A stretch of DNA of 64,000 bases from an uncultured Candidatus Rokubacteria bacterium (GTDB taxonomy: Bacteria > Methylomirabilota > Methylomirabilia > Rokubacteriales > CSP1-6), in the NCBI GenBank assembly GCA_963789955.1, contig CAWBMV010000012.1, positions 320,001 to 384,000 of the forward strand, written 5' to 3'. Under the pieces are notes generated by a model, which saw only the letters and a program-made list of their open reading frames with translations, searched no databases and had not been told where the DNA came from. A program made the translations under genes and the position numbers. Shown one piece after another: positions 63,680 to 64,000 of the stretch. Within the stretch, counting starts at the first letter, position 1; each line of letters opens with the position of its first letter.

Positions 63680-64000
63680 CTTGGTGACCGCCTCGAGCCA
63701 CGCCGGCGTCATCAATGCTTCCTCGACCGCGCCCACCACGAACGCTGGCGGGAGTTCACTCGAGAGACATCGCCCTCTATCGCGTTTACTACAGCACGTC
63801 CTCCGCAGGTGCCCGGGCTCAGCTTCGTGCAGGTCGCGGCGTCGACCTCGACCGCGCCTGGGGATGTCCGTCGATCCGACGCGCCAGCTCGATCACCGGA
63901 TCCAGACGGTCGACTTCCAGCTCACGGGCTGACGTCTCGCTCCACCTACAACGTCTCCGTCACCGCCGTCCACAGGGACGGGAAGGAGAGCGCGTGTTCG
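63680..64000 (+). pseudogene. Degenerate fibronectin type III-like domain
   Basis: TAPTTNAGGS, LYRVYYST, FQLTG and STYNVSVTAV...GKESACS in shifting frames. Confidence 0.55.

Overview
High-GC bacterial chromosomal segment. Gene content and style suggest Candidatus Rokubacteria/Methylomirabilota, but this is inference and was not verified. It is mostly core and catabolic genes: one sugar-type and two peptide-type ABC transporters, an acyl-CoA ligase, a RhaD-SDR fusion, glycosyltransferases (one MshA-like), a thiolase-like/DUF35/CoA-transferase set, cimA, ligA, a DtxR regulator, a full ccmABCDEFGHI operon, htpX, yceD-rpmF-plsX-fabHDG-acpP-fabF-rnc, and an amine/phosphonate-type cluster (GS-like, PhnW, SDR, GcvT-like, PLP lyase). 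The last ~2 kb is a lower-GC zone of decayed gene fragments. Many single-base frameshifts, even in essential genes, point to long-read consensus error, so many coordinates are approximate. The most notable signals are: (1) an AhpD-like gene with an in-frame UGA in a CxxU motif followed by a SECIS-like hairpin; (2) two sigma54-type promoters, each in front of a tiny stand-alone DNA-binding protein, one of which resembles the N-terminus of an IS21 transposase; (3) widespread leaderless and bidirectional promoter geometry; (4) a degenerate RNase III lacking the dsRBD; (5) a thiolase-fold protein lacking its catalytic Cys; (6) a CxxxC CcmG; (7) two genes reduced to their start plus C-terminus; (8) a 33-bp perfect inverted repeat. 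No tRNA, rRNA or CRISPR array was recognised.
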